Positions 17,710 to 26,235 of a stretch of DNA of 40,932 nucleotides are shown piece by piece. Source of the stretch: an uncultured candidatus Brocadiaceae bacterium (GTDB lineage Bacteria; Planctomycetota; Brocadiia; SM23-32); NCBI GenBank assembly GCA_964346565.1, contig CAYFVS010000224.1, positions 1-40,932 on the forward strand, read 5' to 3'. The number at the start of each line of letters is the position of its first letter. The first letter of the stretch is position 1. The notes beneath the pieces were generated by a model. That model saw only the letters and a list, made by a program, of their open reading frames with translations. It searched no databases and was not told the origin of the DNA. Both the position numbers and the translations under genes were made by a program.

Positions 17710-17738
17710 ACTATACTCCTCACTGCGGCATCAGTCAA
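17710..17738 (-). promoter_or_regulatory. Sigma70-type promoter of the riboswitch-led operon (TTGACT - 17 nt - TATAGT)
   Basis: On the minus strand, TTGACT is at 17738..17733 and TATAGT at 17715..17710 with a 17-nt spacer. It lies immediately after the stop of the upstream gene and about 15-20 nt before the aptamer. Confidence 0.55.
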
Positions 17739-17744
17739 GCGCGC

Positions 17745-18578
17745 TCAGACGGCCAGTATTCGGTCCATCGCTTCGCTCAACTCGGCCAGGGCGTCGTGGT
17801 CCAGCCCGAAGAACTCCGCAACGCACGGCCCGTCGTAGCCCACCTGACGGAGGGACTCCATGACTGCCGGCCAGGCCACATCCCCCTCCGTCAGGGGGCA
17901 GAAGCCCTCCAGCGTCCCCACGGACCGCTTGAAGTCCTTGAAGTGCACGCAGCTCACTCGCGGCCCGAGGATACGGATCCAGTCCTCCGGGTAGCCGAAC
18001 GCGATCACGTTCCCCACGTCGAAGTAGGAGCCGACGCGCACCGAACCGAATCCGTCAATGAAGTCGCGCATCTCCAGCGGGCTGAGCAGCAAGCGGTTCC
18101 ATACGTTCTCGATGCCCAGGGTGACGCCGGCTTCCTCGGCCGTGGGCACTATCCGGGCAATGCCCTCCCTCATGCGCTGCATGGCAACGTCGTAGGGCAC
18201 GTGTTCGTTCCCGTCCGCGCCGGGCGGCGCCAACATGCCCGGCACGACCAGCAGCGTGTCGAGGCCCAGCCACGCGGCCAGGTGCACGCTCCTCAGGATC
18301 ACTTCGACCCCCCTTTGCCGGATGCTCTCGTCATCGGCGGTCAAAGGGTACTGCCAGCCCAGGCCGCTGGCCAGGCTCGTCAGCCGCACACCCGCCCGTT
18401 CAGCCGCTTCCAGCAGCTCGGCGCAGTCTTCCTCACTGCTGCGCGGAGTGAGCAGCCCTTCCTCGCCGACGGCCGGCTCGACCCCGTCGAACCCATGCCT
18501 GTGCGCCTCTTCGAAGAGGGATGCTGCCGGGCGCTCTGTGTTGCCCTTCAGAGCCCAGATGCTGATTCCCTTCAACAT
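17745..18578 (-). CDS. Sugar phosphate isomerase/epimerase (xylose-isomerase-like TIM barrel, AP endonuclease 2 family)
   Basis: 277 aa. GFDGVE..., GIENVWN, YFDVGN and HFKD form a pattern typical of this TIM-barrel family. Confidence 0.8.
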   Translation of the reverse strand: MLKGISIWALKGNTERPAASLFEEAHRHGFDGVEPAVGEEGLLTPRSSEEDCAELLEAAERAGVRLTSLASGLGWQYPLTADDESIRQRGVEVILRSVHLAAWLGLDTLLVVPGMLAPPGADGNEHVPYDVAMQRMREGIARIVPTAEEAGVTLGIENVWNRLLLSPLEMRDFIDGFGSVRVGSYFDVGNVIAFGYPEDWIRILGPRVSCVHFKDFKRSVGTLEGFCPLTEGDVAWPAVMESLRQVGYDGPCVAEFFGLDHDALAELSEAMDRILAV

Positions 18579-18764
18579 GACGATGACCCCTTCGGATCAG
18601 CGATCTACACTCCGCGGAGTCTAAGCGCGGCTCCGGGCAGCGCCATCGCGGGTTGGTGTGGACACCGGGCCTGGCTCAGGCAACTCGCTGGTCATACCAC
18701 ACCGTCCCGCGGGGCGCAACACGATCCGGGACGCACAAAGCGGGTCCCACGGGAGGAGTTGGCC

Positions 18765-21002
18765 TCAGTCCAGCCGGAGCGCTTCGGCCCCTATGAGCAG
18801 AACGCGCTCCCCCGGCTCTATGCCGGCAACGCTCACGGCCTCGGCGGCGGCCTCGCGCAGGGCCTGCTGGTCGCTCGCCAGTGTTTCGGTCAGGGCGGAG
18901 CGCAACTGGTCCGGCGCGCCTTCGCCGGTGCGTTTCATCACTGCCGCCGCTGCATAGCAGGCCGTCGCCTTTATCTCGGTCGTACTGCCCTGCCGAACGA
19001 CCCGCGCCAGGGGCAGCAGGCACTGCTGCGAGCCGATCGCTGCCAGCGCGTCCATGGCCGCTACGGTTACCTCGTCCCGGTAGCCGCGCAGGGCCTTGAT
19101 GAGAGCGGGCTCGAGCTGGCCAAGCGGGTACTGCGTCCGCGCGGGGTCCACAACGTTGACCGCCTGTACAGCCTTCAGGACCAGGGCCTCTTCCTCCTCG
19201 GTGAAGGCGGAGCGGCTCCTCGCCAGCACCTGTTGCACGATGGGCTCCAGCTTCGCCGCACGGACATCGTCAGCGGTCAGGATCTGCGTCACTGCCTCGT
19301 AGCCGGCCACGTCCGCCACGGGCCCTTCCGGACCGACGATGGCGTAGATGGGCAGCCCGGTGGTGCGCGGGTCGGACTGGAGGAGGTCCAGCACCCGCCC
19401 GAACAGCACCTCGGGCGCCCCGGCGGAGATGAACGCCACGTCCACGGAGGGCTGCATCGCAAGAGCGGCCTGGATGCTGCCCTCGTGCACCCTGGTCTCG
19501 ATGGTCGCCAGGCCCTGCGCGCGCAGGATGCTGGTCAGGGTGTTGCGCGTCTGGAAGTCGTTCACCAGTACCAGCGCGTGCCGACTGGCGGCGGCATGCA
19601 GCGCGGCGGACATGACGTCGGTGATCGTCTGCGGCTGTCCGCACTCACCGCTCGGGCAAGAACGCACGAGCGTGATGGCCGCGTTGTAGCGCACGTCCTT
19701 CATCCCGGACTGCAAGCCCTTCAGCAATGCCGCCACGGTCCCCTCAGCGGCCATGCCCGTGCTGGCGCTCAGCTTGTCGCGCACTGCCTTGACAAGGTAG
19801 AGGGAAGCCGGAGCGTCCTCAGCGTCGAGCGTCATAGACAACGCATGGGCCACGACCGGCGTTTCCAGCAGGCTCACCAGCACCGGCGCCTGCACGGCCA
19901 AGACCTCCGCCCTCTGGGCGGCGTCCGTGCGCCGCTCTTCGGGAACGGGCTCTCCCCCGAACAAGACCTCCTCGGATCTGTAGATCTCGCACAGGGCTAA
20001 CTGCCGCACGGTTGCGGCTGCCAGCAGCGCCTGGAGGTCGGTGTTGCCGGGCGCCAGCTCCAGCCCGTCCAGGGCTGTCTCAGCGGCCATTCGCTGGTAG
20101 TAGAGGTAGTTCGGAATGGTCTCGTAGACGATCCTCAGGGGCATGGTTTCGCCATCAGAGTCCCACGACCACACGTCGGCGCTGACGCCGAAGGTGTAGC
20201 CGATTCGCGGCGCGTCCTCGCGGAAGTAAGCCTTGCCCAGCGCCACGTACTGGGACACGGCGGAGCCGAGTTCCTCCAGCGTCTTGTCCGTTATGTTGTC
20301 CAGTGCCTCGGCGGCGGCCTCGACCACCGGCGCGGCGCTGTCGGGATCCTCCCATGCGGCCATGAGGGCGGGCACTGCCCGTACGTCCCCGATGTGCCCG
20401 AGCACGGCAGCGACCCGGGTGCGTAGCAGCGAGTCGTCCGACTCCCGCAGGACCTCGATCAGCGGCAGGCAGGCGTCCCGCTGCAGGTCGGCCAGCAGTG
20501 AGAAAGCCCTCCCGACGACCTCCTGCTGGTCTGGCTCCGCCATCTCCAGCAGTGGCATCAGATAGGGCACGGCGTACGGCCCGTATCCCCTGAGGTGGAC
20601 ACGCGCCTTGCCATAGACCGCCGCCTTGTCCGAGGTGAAGTTGGCGATCAGTTCGTCGGCATTGCGCACGGGCTTGCGCTGCTCACGGACCGCCCGCATC
20701 ATCATCTCCATGATGCGCTCGACCTGGTCGGCGAGTTCCTCCCGCTCCTTCATCTTGAAGAAGATGCCCAGTTCGGCGCGGTCGCGCATCTGGAGTGCGG
20801 CCCGCATGCTGGGCTCCAGGCTGAGCAGCTCGTCGAATGCCTCACGCGCCTGCCCGTACTCGCCCGTCTGGTAGTAGGTAATCGCCTGCTCAAAGAGCTC
20901 GACCGCCCTCTGGTCCTCCGCCTCCCCGGCGCGGGCAACGCCCGCCGAAAGCAGCGTCGCCACGGCCAATACCACTACCCACCGCTTCAGATGAATGCAC
21001 AT
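18765..21002 (-). CDS. Secreted HEAT-repeat / TPR-like protein (745 aa)
   Basis: The signal peptide is MCIHLKRWVVVLAVATLLSAGVARA, from the ATG at 21002 with an AGGGAG RBS. A TPR-like helix pair (AITYYQTGEYGQAREAF) is followed by repeated HEAT/PBS-lyase-like units (RTRVAAVLGHIGDVRAVPALM; VRYNAAITLV...). Confidence 0.7.
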   Translation of the reverse strand: MCIHLKRWVVVLAVATLLSAGVARAGEAEDQRAVELFEQAITYYQTGEYGQAREAFDELLSLEPSMRAALQMRDRAELGIFFKMKEREELADQVERIMEMMMRAVREQRKPVRNADELIANFTSDKAAVYGKARVHLRGYGPYAVPYLMPLLEMAEPDQQEVVGRAFSLLADLQRDACLPLIEVLRESDDSLLRTRVAAVLGHIGDVRAVPALMAAWEDPDSAAPVVEAAAEALDNITDKTLEELGSAVSQYVALGKAYFREDAPRIGYTFGVSADVWSWDSDGETMPLRIVYETIPNYLYYQRMAAETALDGLELAPGNTDLQALLAAATVRQLALCEIYRSEEVLFGGEPVPEERRTDAAQRAEVLAVQAPVLVSLLETPVVAHALSMTLDAEDAPASLYLVKAVRDKLSASTGMAAEGTVAALLKGLQSGMKDVRYNAAITLVRSCPSGECGQPQTITDVMSAALHAAASRHALVLVNDFQTRNTLTSILRAQGLATIETRVHEGSIQAALAMQPSVDVAFISAGAPEVLFGRVLDLLQSDPRTTGLPIYAIVGPEGPVADVAGYEAVTQILTADDVRAAKLEPIVQQVLARSRSAFTEEEEALVLKAVQAVNVVDPARTQYPLGQLEPALIKALRGYRDEVTVAAMDALAAIGSQQCLLPLARVVRQGSTTEIKATACYAAAAVMKRTGEGAPDQLRSALTETLASDQQALREAAAEAVSVAGIEPGERVLLIGAEALRLD

Positions 21003-21086
21003 GTGTCGCTCCCTATCGAATGCGAGGTGAGACTGAGTTTTGACCAACGCCCGCCCCGGTGCTCTCGGGCGGCGCTGTATCTTGGT

Positions 21087-22397
21087 TCATAGAAAGGGCT
21101 TCTCGGGCTCGATCAGGTCCGCGTAGGTCTCCCGCCGCCGAATCAGCCGGCAGCGCTCGCCGTCTACCAGGACCTCCGGGGCCCGTGGACGGCCGTTGTA
21201 GTTCGAACTCATGCTGAACCCATACGCGCCGGCGCTGAACACGGCCAGCAGCTCGCCCTGCTCCGTCGGCGGCAACGGCCGGTCCTTCGCCAGAAAATCG
21301 CCCGTCTCGCAGACGGGACCCACCACGTCCACGATCTCTGTGGCGAAGCCTTCGTGGGCTCTCTGCCCGGGGCGCACGACCCCGGGCATCCCGTCCGCAC
21401 TCCGCACCGGCCAGATGCGATGGAACGCGCCGTACAGAGTCGGCCGAATCAGGTCGTTCATCGCGGCGTCGCAGACGAGGAACCGCTTGCCGTACTGAGT
21501 GTCCTTCCGGTAGAGGACCCGTGACAGCAAAACGGCGCTGTTACCAGCAATGTACCGGCCGGGCTCAATGATAACCCGGCAGGCCGATTTTTCAAGATAA
21601 CACTGCACTGCGGAGGCGTAATCAACCGGCCCTACGGCCTCCTCGCCGGTCTCCGAGATGCAGTAGCCGCCGCCGATGTTCAGATGATCCAGCCGGCAGC
21701 CGACCTCCCGCAGCCTTTCAACCAGCGGCAGCACCAAGGCAAGCGCCCGCTGGTAGGGTTCGGTCGCGGGGATCGGAGAGCCAAGGTGCATGTGGACTCC
21801 GACCACCTGAACGCCTTCCCAGTCGGACGCCTCCCGTATCAGCTTCTCAGCTTCAGAGGTACCTATACCAAACTTCGTGCCCCCTTTGCCAGTGGTCGTC
21901 TTCTCGTGGGTGCCTGCGTCAACGTCGGGGTTGATCCGTATCGCCGCCCTGGCGGTCACGCCCATCCGCCCGGCGATGCGCTCGATCTGGCGCAGTTCGG
22001 ACCGCGACTCCACGTCGAACATGTATATCCCCTCGCCGAGGGCATACTCGATCTCCTCGGCCGTCTTGCCCACGCCGGCGAAGACCACTTTGGCCGGGTC
22101 GCCGCCTGCCGCCAGGACGCGGTGAAGCTCCCCGCCGCTGACGATGTCGAATCCGCTGCCTTCAGCCGCCAGAAGCCGCAGAATGGAGATGTTGCCACAG
22201 GCCTTCACCGAGAAGCAGACCATCGGGTCCCACCGGCCGAACGCGTCCCGGATGTGGCGGAACCGCTGCCTGAGGGAGGAAGCGCTGTAAACGTAGCACG
22301 GCGTGCCCCACTCCTCGGCGATGCGGGAGGCCCGGACTTCCTCGCAGTGGAGTTCGCCCTGCCGGTATTGGAACGTCTCTTCAATCGGCACGACCAT
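21087..22397 (-). CDS. lysA: Diaminopimelate decarboxylase
   Basis: GTPCYVYS, CFSVKAC (PLP lysine), HMHLGS, LNIGGGY and CETGD are class III PLP decarboxylase / LysA motifs. The true start may be the GTG two codons in (22391), because GGAGG abuts the ATG. Confidence 0.93.
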   Translation of the reverse strand: MVVPIEETFQYRQGELHCEEVRASRIAEEWGTPCYVYSASSLRQRFRHIRDAFGRWDPMVCFSVKACGNISILRLLAAEGSGFDIVSGGELHRVLAAGGDPAKVVFAGVGKTAEEIEYALGEGIYMFDVESRSELRQIERIAGRMGVTARAAIRINPDVDAGTHEKTTTGKGGTKFGIGTSEAEKLIREASDWEGVQVVGVHMHLGSPIPATEPYQRALALVLPLVERLREVGCRLDHLNIGGGYCISETGEEAVGPVDYASAVQCYLEKSACRVIIEPGRYIAGNSAVLLSRVLYRKDTQYGKRFLVCDAAMNDLIRPTLYGAFHRIWPVRSADGMPGVVRPGQRAHEGFATEIVDVVGPVCETGDFLAKDRPLPPTEQGELLAVFSAGAYGFSMSSNYNGRPRAPEVLVDGERCRLIRRRETYADLIEPEKPFL

Positions 22398-22776
22398 CCT
22401 CCGGTCCTAACAGGGAACGAACTGACCCAGGAGGATACACGAAAAGCGGCGGGGATGAAAGCTCTGCGCGCCCATCGGCGGTCCCGTCGGTAGGCGAGAG
22501 TTGGGAAGCCGGCGGACCGCCGTGCCCTCCCGGGATCGGGCCCCCACGGAGCTTCGGTGGTCACGGCGCAGCATTGCGCGCGCGTTGCTTACGCAAAGAC
22601 AATACCACACACGCCTGCTCGCGCGCGATTATGACTCTCACTATTCCATCCCATTGTCTCCAAGGGACTTACGTCTACGAGCCCTGAAGCCGGGCAGCGT
22701 CGCACGCCCCCGGAGGGTGTGTGGGGAACTCGACACCGGGCGGCCCGCCCATCGCCCGATCTCCACAGTCGGATTA

Positions 22777-24144
22777 CTACCCCCGCGCGTTCTCTGGCTC
22801 CCCCAGCAGGCGCGCCGCTGCGCGCAGGTGCCGCACGGGGGAGACGTCCAGCCCCAGCCGGCCGGCCTCGTCAGCGTCACTCTCCGGCACCACGGCGTGC
22901 CCGAACCCCAGCTTCCGGGCCTCCTTCAGCCGTTCGGCCAGTCGGCCCACGGCTCGCACTTCTCCACCCAGGCCCACCTCTCCGACCGCGACCGTAGCCG
23001 GCGGGAACCCGCGGTCGGTGAACGAGGACGCCAAAGCCATCGCCAGCGGCAGGTCGGCCGCGGGCTCCGGGACGCGGATGCCGCCGGCCACGTTCACGAA
23101 GGCGTCGCATTTGCCCAGCTCCAGCCCGGCCCTGCGCTCCAGCACGGACAGCATCATGCTGAAACGCCGGTAGTCCACCCCGGTCACCTTCCGCTCGGGC
23201 GTCCCGTAGGCGGGTGGCCCGACCAGCGCCTGGATCTCCACCAGCAGGGCCCGCCTTCCCTCCAGCGCGGCGGTGACCACCGCACCCGTCGCCGATTCGT
23301 CCCTCTCGGCCAGGAACAGCTCGCTGGGGTTGGCGACCTCCCGGAGGCCGTCGCCGGTCATCTCAAAGACGCCGACCTCGTTGATCGCGCCGAAGCGATT
23401 CTTGGCGGCGCGCAGGATGCGCAGCGACTGGGAACCCTCGCTCTCGAAATACAGCACCGTGTCCACCAGGTGCTCCAGCGCCCGCGGCCCGGCGATGATT
23501 CCGCGCTTGGTGACGTGGCCGGTCAGGAACAGCGCCGCTCCGTTGCGCTTGCAGTGCTCCACCAGCGCGGTCCCGCAGATGGAGACCTGCTTCAGGCTCC
23601 CGGGCATCGAGTCCAGCGCCCCGGCACCGACGCGCTGGACGCTGTCAACGATGACGACCTGCGGCTTCTGCGCCGCCAACATGCCAAGGATGGCCTCCAG
23701 CTCCGTCTCCGCACAGACCGCAAGGTCGCTTTCCTCCAGCCCGAGCCGCTCTGCGCGCATCTTGACCTGTTCGAGCGACTCCTCGCAGCTTACGTAGGCG
23801 CATGCCACGTCAGCGGCTGCCATGCGCCCGGCCGCCTGGAGCAGTATGGTTGATTTGCCGACGCCCGGCGCCCCGCCCAACAGAACGGCGCTGCCCAGCA
23901 GCAGCCCTCCCCCCAGGACGCGGTCCAGCTCCGCGATGCCCGTGCAAAGGCAATGCTGATAGTCCACGCCGAGGTCCGCCAGGCGGACCGATACCGCCGC
24001 TTCGGCCGCCTCAGGCGCGCCACCCGCGCCCGGACCGGTTTCCTGGAGCGTGTCCCACTCCAGGCAGTTTGGGCAGCGGCCGCTCCAGCGGTAGAAAGTG
24101 GCCCCGCACTCGCTGCAGACGTATTCCGTTCCCTTCCTGGCCAT
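22777..24144 (-). CDS. radA: DNA repair protein RadA/Sms
   Basis: It has the Zn-finger CSECGATFYRWSGRCPNC, Walker A GGAPGVGKST, the KNRFG motif and a Lon-like C-terminal domain. The start is at MARKGTEY (24144). The listed 637-aa ORF is an extension that overlaps the upstream kinase gene. Confidence 0.93.
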   Translation of the reverse strand: MARKGTEYVCSECGATFYRWSGRCPNCLEWDTLQETGPGAGGAPEAAEAAVSVRLADLGVDYQHCLCTGIAELDRVLGGGLLLGSAVLLGGAPGVGKSTILLQAAGRMAAADVACAYVSCEESLEQVKMRAERLGLEESDLAVCAETELEAILGMLAAQKPQVVIVDSVQRVGAGALDSMPGSLKQVSICGTALVEHCKRNGAALFLTGHVTKRGIIAGPRALEHLVDTVLYFESEGSQSLRILRAAKNRFGAINEVGVFEMTGDGLREVANPSELFLAERDESATGAVVTAALEGRRALLVEIQALVGPPAYGTPERKVTGVDYRRFSMMLSVLERRAGLELGKCDAFVNVAGGIRVPEPAADLPLAMALASSFTDRGFPPATVAVGEVGLGGEVRAVGRLAERLKEARKLGFGHAVVPESDADEAGRLGLDVSPVRHLRAAARLLGEPENARG

Positions 24145-24166
24145 CCCACTCCCCTCAATGCATCGC

Positions 24167-25102
24167 CTAAGCGTCCCCGATGGGCTCCGCCGACTCGAGG
24201 AAGTCCTCCACCTCTTCGAGGGACGGTATCCCCCGCCGGCCGCCCAGCGCGCGGCACTTGAGGGCGGCCGTGGCCGAGGCGACTCGCATGATCCGCTCCA
24301 GCTCCCAGCCGCGGGCAACACCCAGCGAGAAAGCGCCGTGGTAAACGTCGCCGCAGCCCGTCGTGTCCGCCACCGACACGAAGTAGGCAGGCTGGCGGAT
24401 GGTGCCCTCCGCGTGCACCGCGACCGACCCTCGAGGGCCGGCCGTGACCACTGCCGCCCGCCCGCCGCAGGCGGCAATCTCTTCGTAGAGGGCTGCCGCC
24501 GCCCGTTGCGGCTCCTGCTCGCCGTAGCGGTCGCGGGCGAACCCCAGCGGCACCACCGCGTAGTCGCAGTTGGCAAGCAGGTCGTCAGCGCGGCCGCCCT
24601 GCCCCTCCAGGTCCAGCGTGACCGGAATGCCCGCCGAGCGGGCCAGGCGCGCGGCGCGCAACGCCGGCTCCGGCTGGAAGTTGTCCACATGCACCACCGC
24701 CGCCCGGCTCACGACGCCCTCCGTGATGCTCTCGGGCGGCAGGACCGGCCAGTTGTCCGTAGAACAGAAGATCGTCCGCGTGCCTGCCGAGCTGTCGGCA
24801 AGGATCACGGCCACGACCACCGAACCGCCAGGGACCCGTGCGATGAAGCGGGTGTCCACGCCCTCGCGCTCGAAATCCCGCACGCAGAACTCCCCGAAGG
24901 CATCGTCGCCGAGAGCGCCCAGGTACGCCGCCCGTCCGCCCAGCCGCGCGACGGCCACCAGGGCCGTCCCGACCAGGCCGCCCCCCTGCGGCAGTATGCG
25001 GGTCTCACGGGTCTTCTGATCCTCCTCCGGCAGGCCTTCCACCTCGACCACGATGTCGAAGGCGCAGACACCGACTCCGATGACGTCGTAGTCCCGGCTC
25101 AT
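24167..25102 (-). CDS. PfkB-family carbohydrate kinase (ribokinase fold)
   Basis: VIGVGVCAFDIV..., GGGLVGTALVAVARLGG and DTTGCGDVYHGAF (the PfkB anion-hole/DTxGAGD motif). The start is at MSRDYDVIG (25102). It is paralogous to 36161..37111. Confidence 0.8.
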   Translation of the reverse strand: MSRDYDVIGVGVCAFDIVVEVEGLPEEDQKTRETRILPQGGGLVGTALVAVARLGGRAAYLGALGDDAFGEFCVRDFEREGVDTRFIARVPGGSVVVAVILADSSAGTRTIFCSTDNWPVLPPESITEGVVSRAAVVHVDNFQPEPALRAARLARSAGIPVTLDLEGQGGRADDLLANCDYAVVPLGFARDRYGEQEPQRAAAALYEEIAACGGRAAVVTAGPRGSVAVHAEGTIRQPAYFVSVADTTGCGDVYHGAFSLGVARGWELERIMRVASATAALKCRALGGRRGIPSLEEVEDFLESAEPIGDA

Positions 25103-25176
25103 GGTTCTCCCGTCCAGGGGCGAAGTTGAGGGCAGGTATGATAACGGGGCCGGACGCTCGTGCCAATCCGCGCACC

Positions 25177-26235
25177 TCAGCCGACACTTGCGAGCAGTTC
25201 GTCCCGCCACAGCTCCACGACGGCCGTGCTCGTGTCCGCCGCCCCGTAATAGACAAGGAACGTCTCCTCCAGCGGCACAATGCCCGTCGGGAAGACCACC
25301 GATGAGACGAAACCGCCCCGCTCGAAGTCCGTCTCGGGCCTCAGCACCGGTTCAGCCGATTGCCCCAGCACGCGCCCGGGATCGTCGCGGTCCAACAGGA
25401 GCGCACCGGCGGAATAGACCCCTACGCCGCCCACCTCGGTGGCGGCCGAAGCTCCGTGGTATATCTCCAGCCAGCCGCGTTCCGTCTCGATGGGCGGCGC
25501 GCCGGCGCCGATGCGGCCCGTCTCCCACTCGGCCCGGCCGGCGTGCAGCGGACGATGCCCGCCCCAGTGCAGGCCGTCCCCGGACTCAGCCAACCATATG
25601 CCCGGGGGGCTGAAGTGCAGGCTGGGGTTCGGCCGGTGCAATGCCATGAGCCGGCCGCTAATCCGGCGCGGGAACAGGACCACGTCCTTGTTTTCGGGGC
25701 AGAGGATGACCCCGTGTCGGCGGAACGTCCGGAAATCCGTGGTCGTTGCCAGGGCCGTGGCAGCGCCGTGCTGCGAGACGGCGACGTACGTCACGTAGAA
25801 CTCGTCTGCCTTCGGGACGATGCGGGCGTCTTCCAGACCGTATGCTTCCAGCTCGGTGTGGGGCTCGAGACGGGCCAGCTCGATCGGCTCGAGAGTCCGT
25901 CCGTCCGGACTTGCGTAGACGCGGATGTGGGAGGCGGAAGTCAGCCGGAGCATACCCGAGTCCAACACCCTGACCATGCGCGCGTCTTGCAGCGCGAGGG
26001 CTTCGTCCGGCAGCCAGTCCACCGTCAGGCCTCGCTCCAGGTCCCACCTGGGCAGGCCTGTCATGCCCTCGCGCTTTTCGGCAGGCGCCTCGGCGACGCG
26101 CACCATCAGCACCACCCGGTCGCCCCATCGGACGGCCCCGGGATTGAACGCCCCGACGACCCGGAAGCCCTCCCGCGAGGGCTCCAGGTCCTCCGGTCGC
26201 AGCAAGCACTTGTTGAGCAGCCTCTGCGCGCTCAT
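25177..26235 (-). CDS. GH130-family glycoside phosphorylase/hydrolase (five-bladed beta-propeller, DUF377-type)
   Basis: FNPGAVRWGDRVVLMVRV, EDARI, YVTYVAVS, KDVVLFPR and WLEIYHG...YSAGALLLD...YYGAADT are typical GH130 blocks. Its ATGA start/stop overlaps the upstream oxidoreductase. Confidence 0.8.
   Translation of the reverse strand: MSAQRLLNKCLLRPEDLEPSREGFRVVGAFNPGAVRWGDRVVLMVRVAEAPAEKREGMTGLPRWDLERGLTVDWLPDEALALQDARMVRVLDSGMLRLTSASHIRVYASPDGRTLEPIELARLEPHTELEAYGLEDARIVPKADEFYVTYVAVSQHGAATALATTTDFRTFRRHGVILCPENKDVVLFPRRISGRLMALHRPNPSLHFSPPGIWLAESGDGLHWGGHRPLHAGRAEWETGRIGAGAPPIETERGWLEIYHGASAATEVGGVGVYSAGALLLDRDDPGRVLGQSAEPVLRPETDFERGGFVSSVVFPTGIVPLEETFLVYYGAADTSTAVVELWRDELLASVG

Noticed and set aside
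17796-20000. 734-aa ORF on the plus strand
   Set aside because: It is antisense to the TIM-barrel isomerase and the HEAT-repeat gene. It has the same Arg/Gly/His-rich artefact composition and no recognisable domain.
22398-22640. Possible lysine (L-box) riboswitch in the lysA leader
   Set aside because: I looked on the minus strand for the conserved L-box elements (the AGAGGCGC 5' element, the GGGGA...GCCGAAG core and the CUGUCA-type 3' element). I found only a loose CCGAAG match, which is not enough to call.
24145-24690. 182-codon N-terminal extension making RadA 637 aa
   Set aside because: The extension is Arg/Ser/Thr/Trp-rich and overlaps the PfkB kinase coding frame. RadA homologues start at the Zn-finger (MARKGTEYVCSECG), giving the normal length of about 455 aa. 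Similar extensions were trimmed for cobU, btuC, btuD, the pseudopilin-like gene, the aldolase, GH4, the FAD oxidoreductase and the radical SAM gene.
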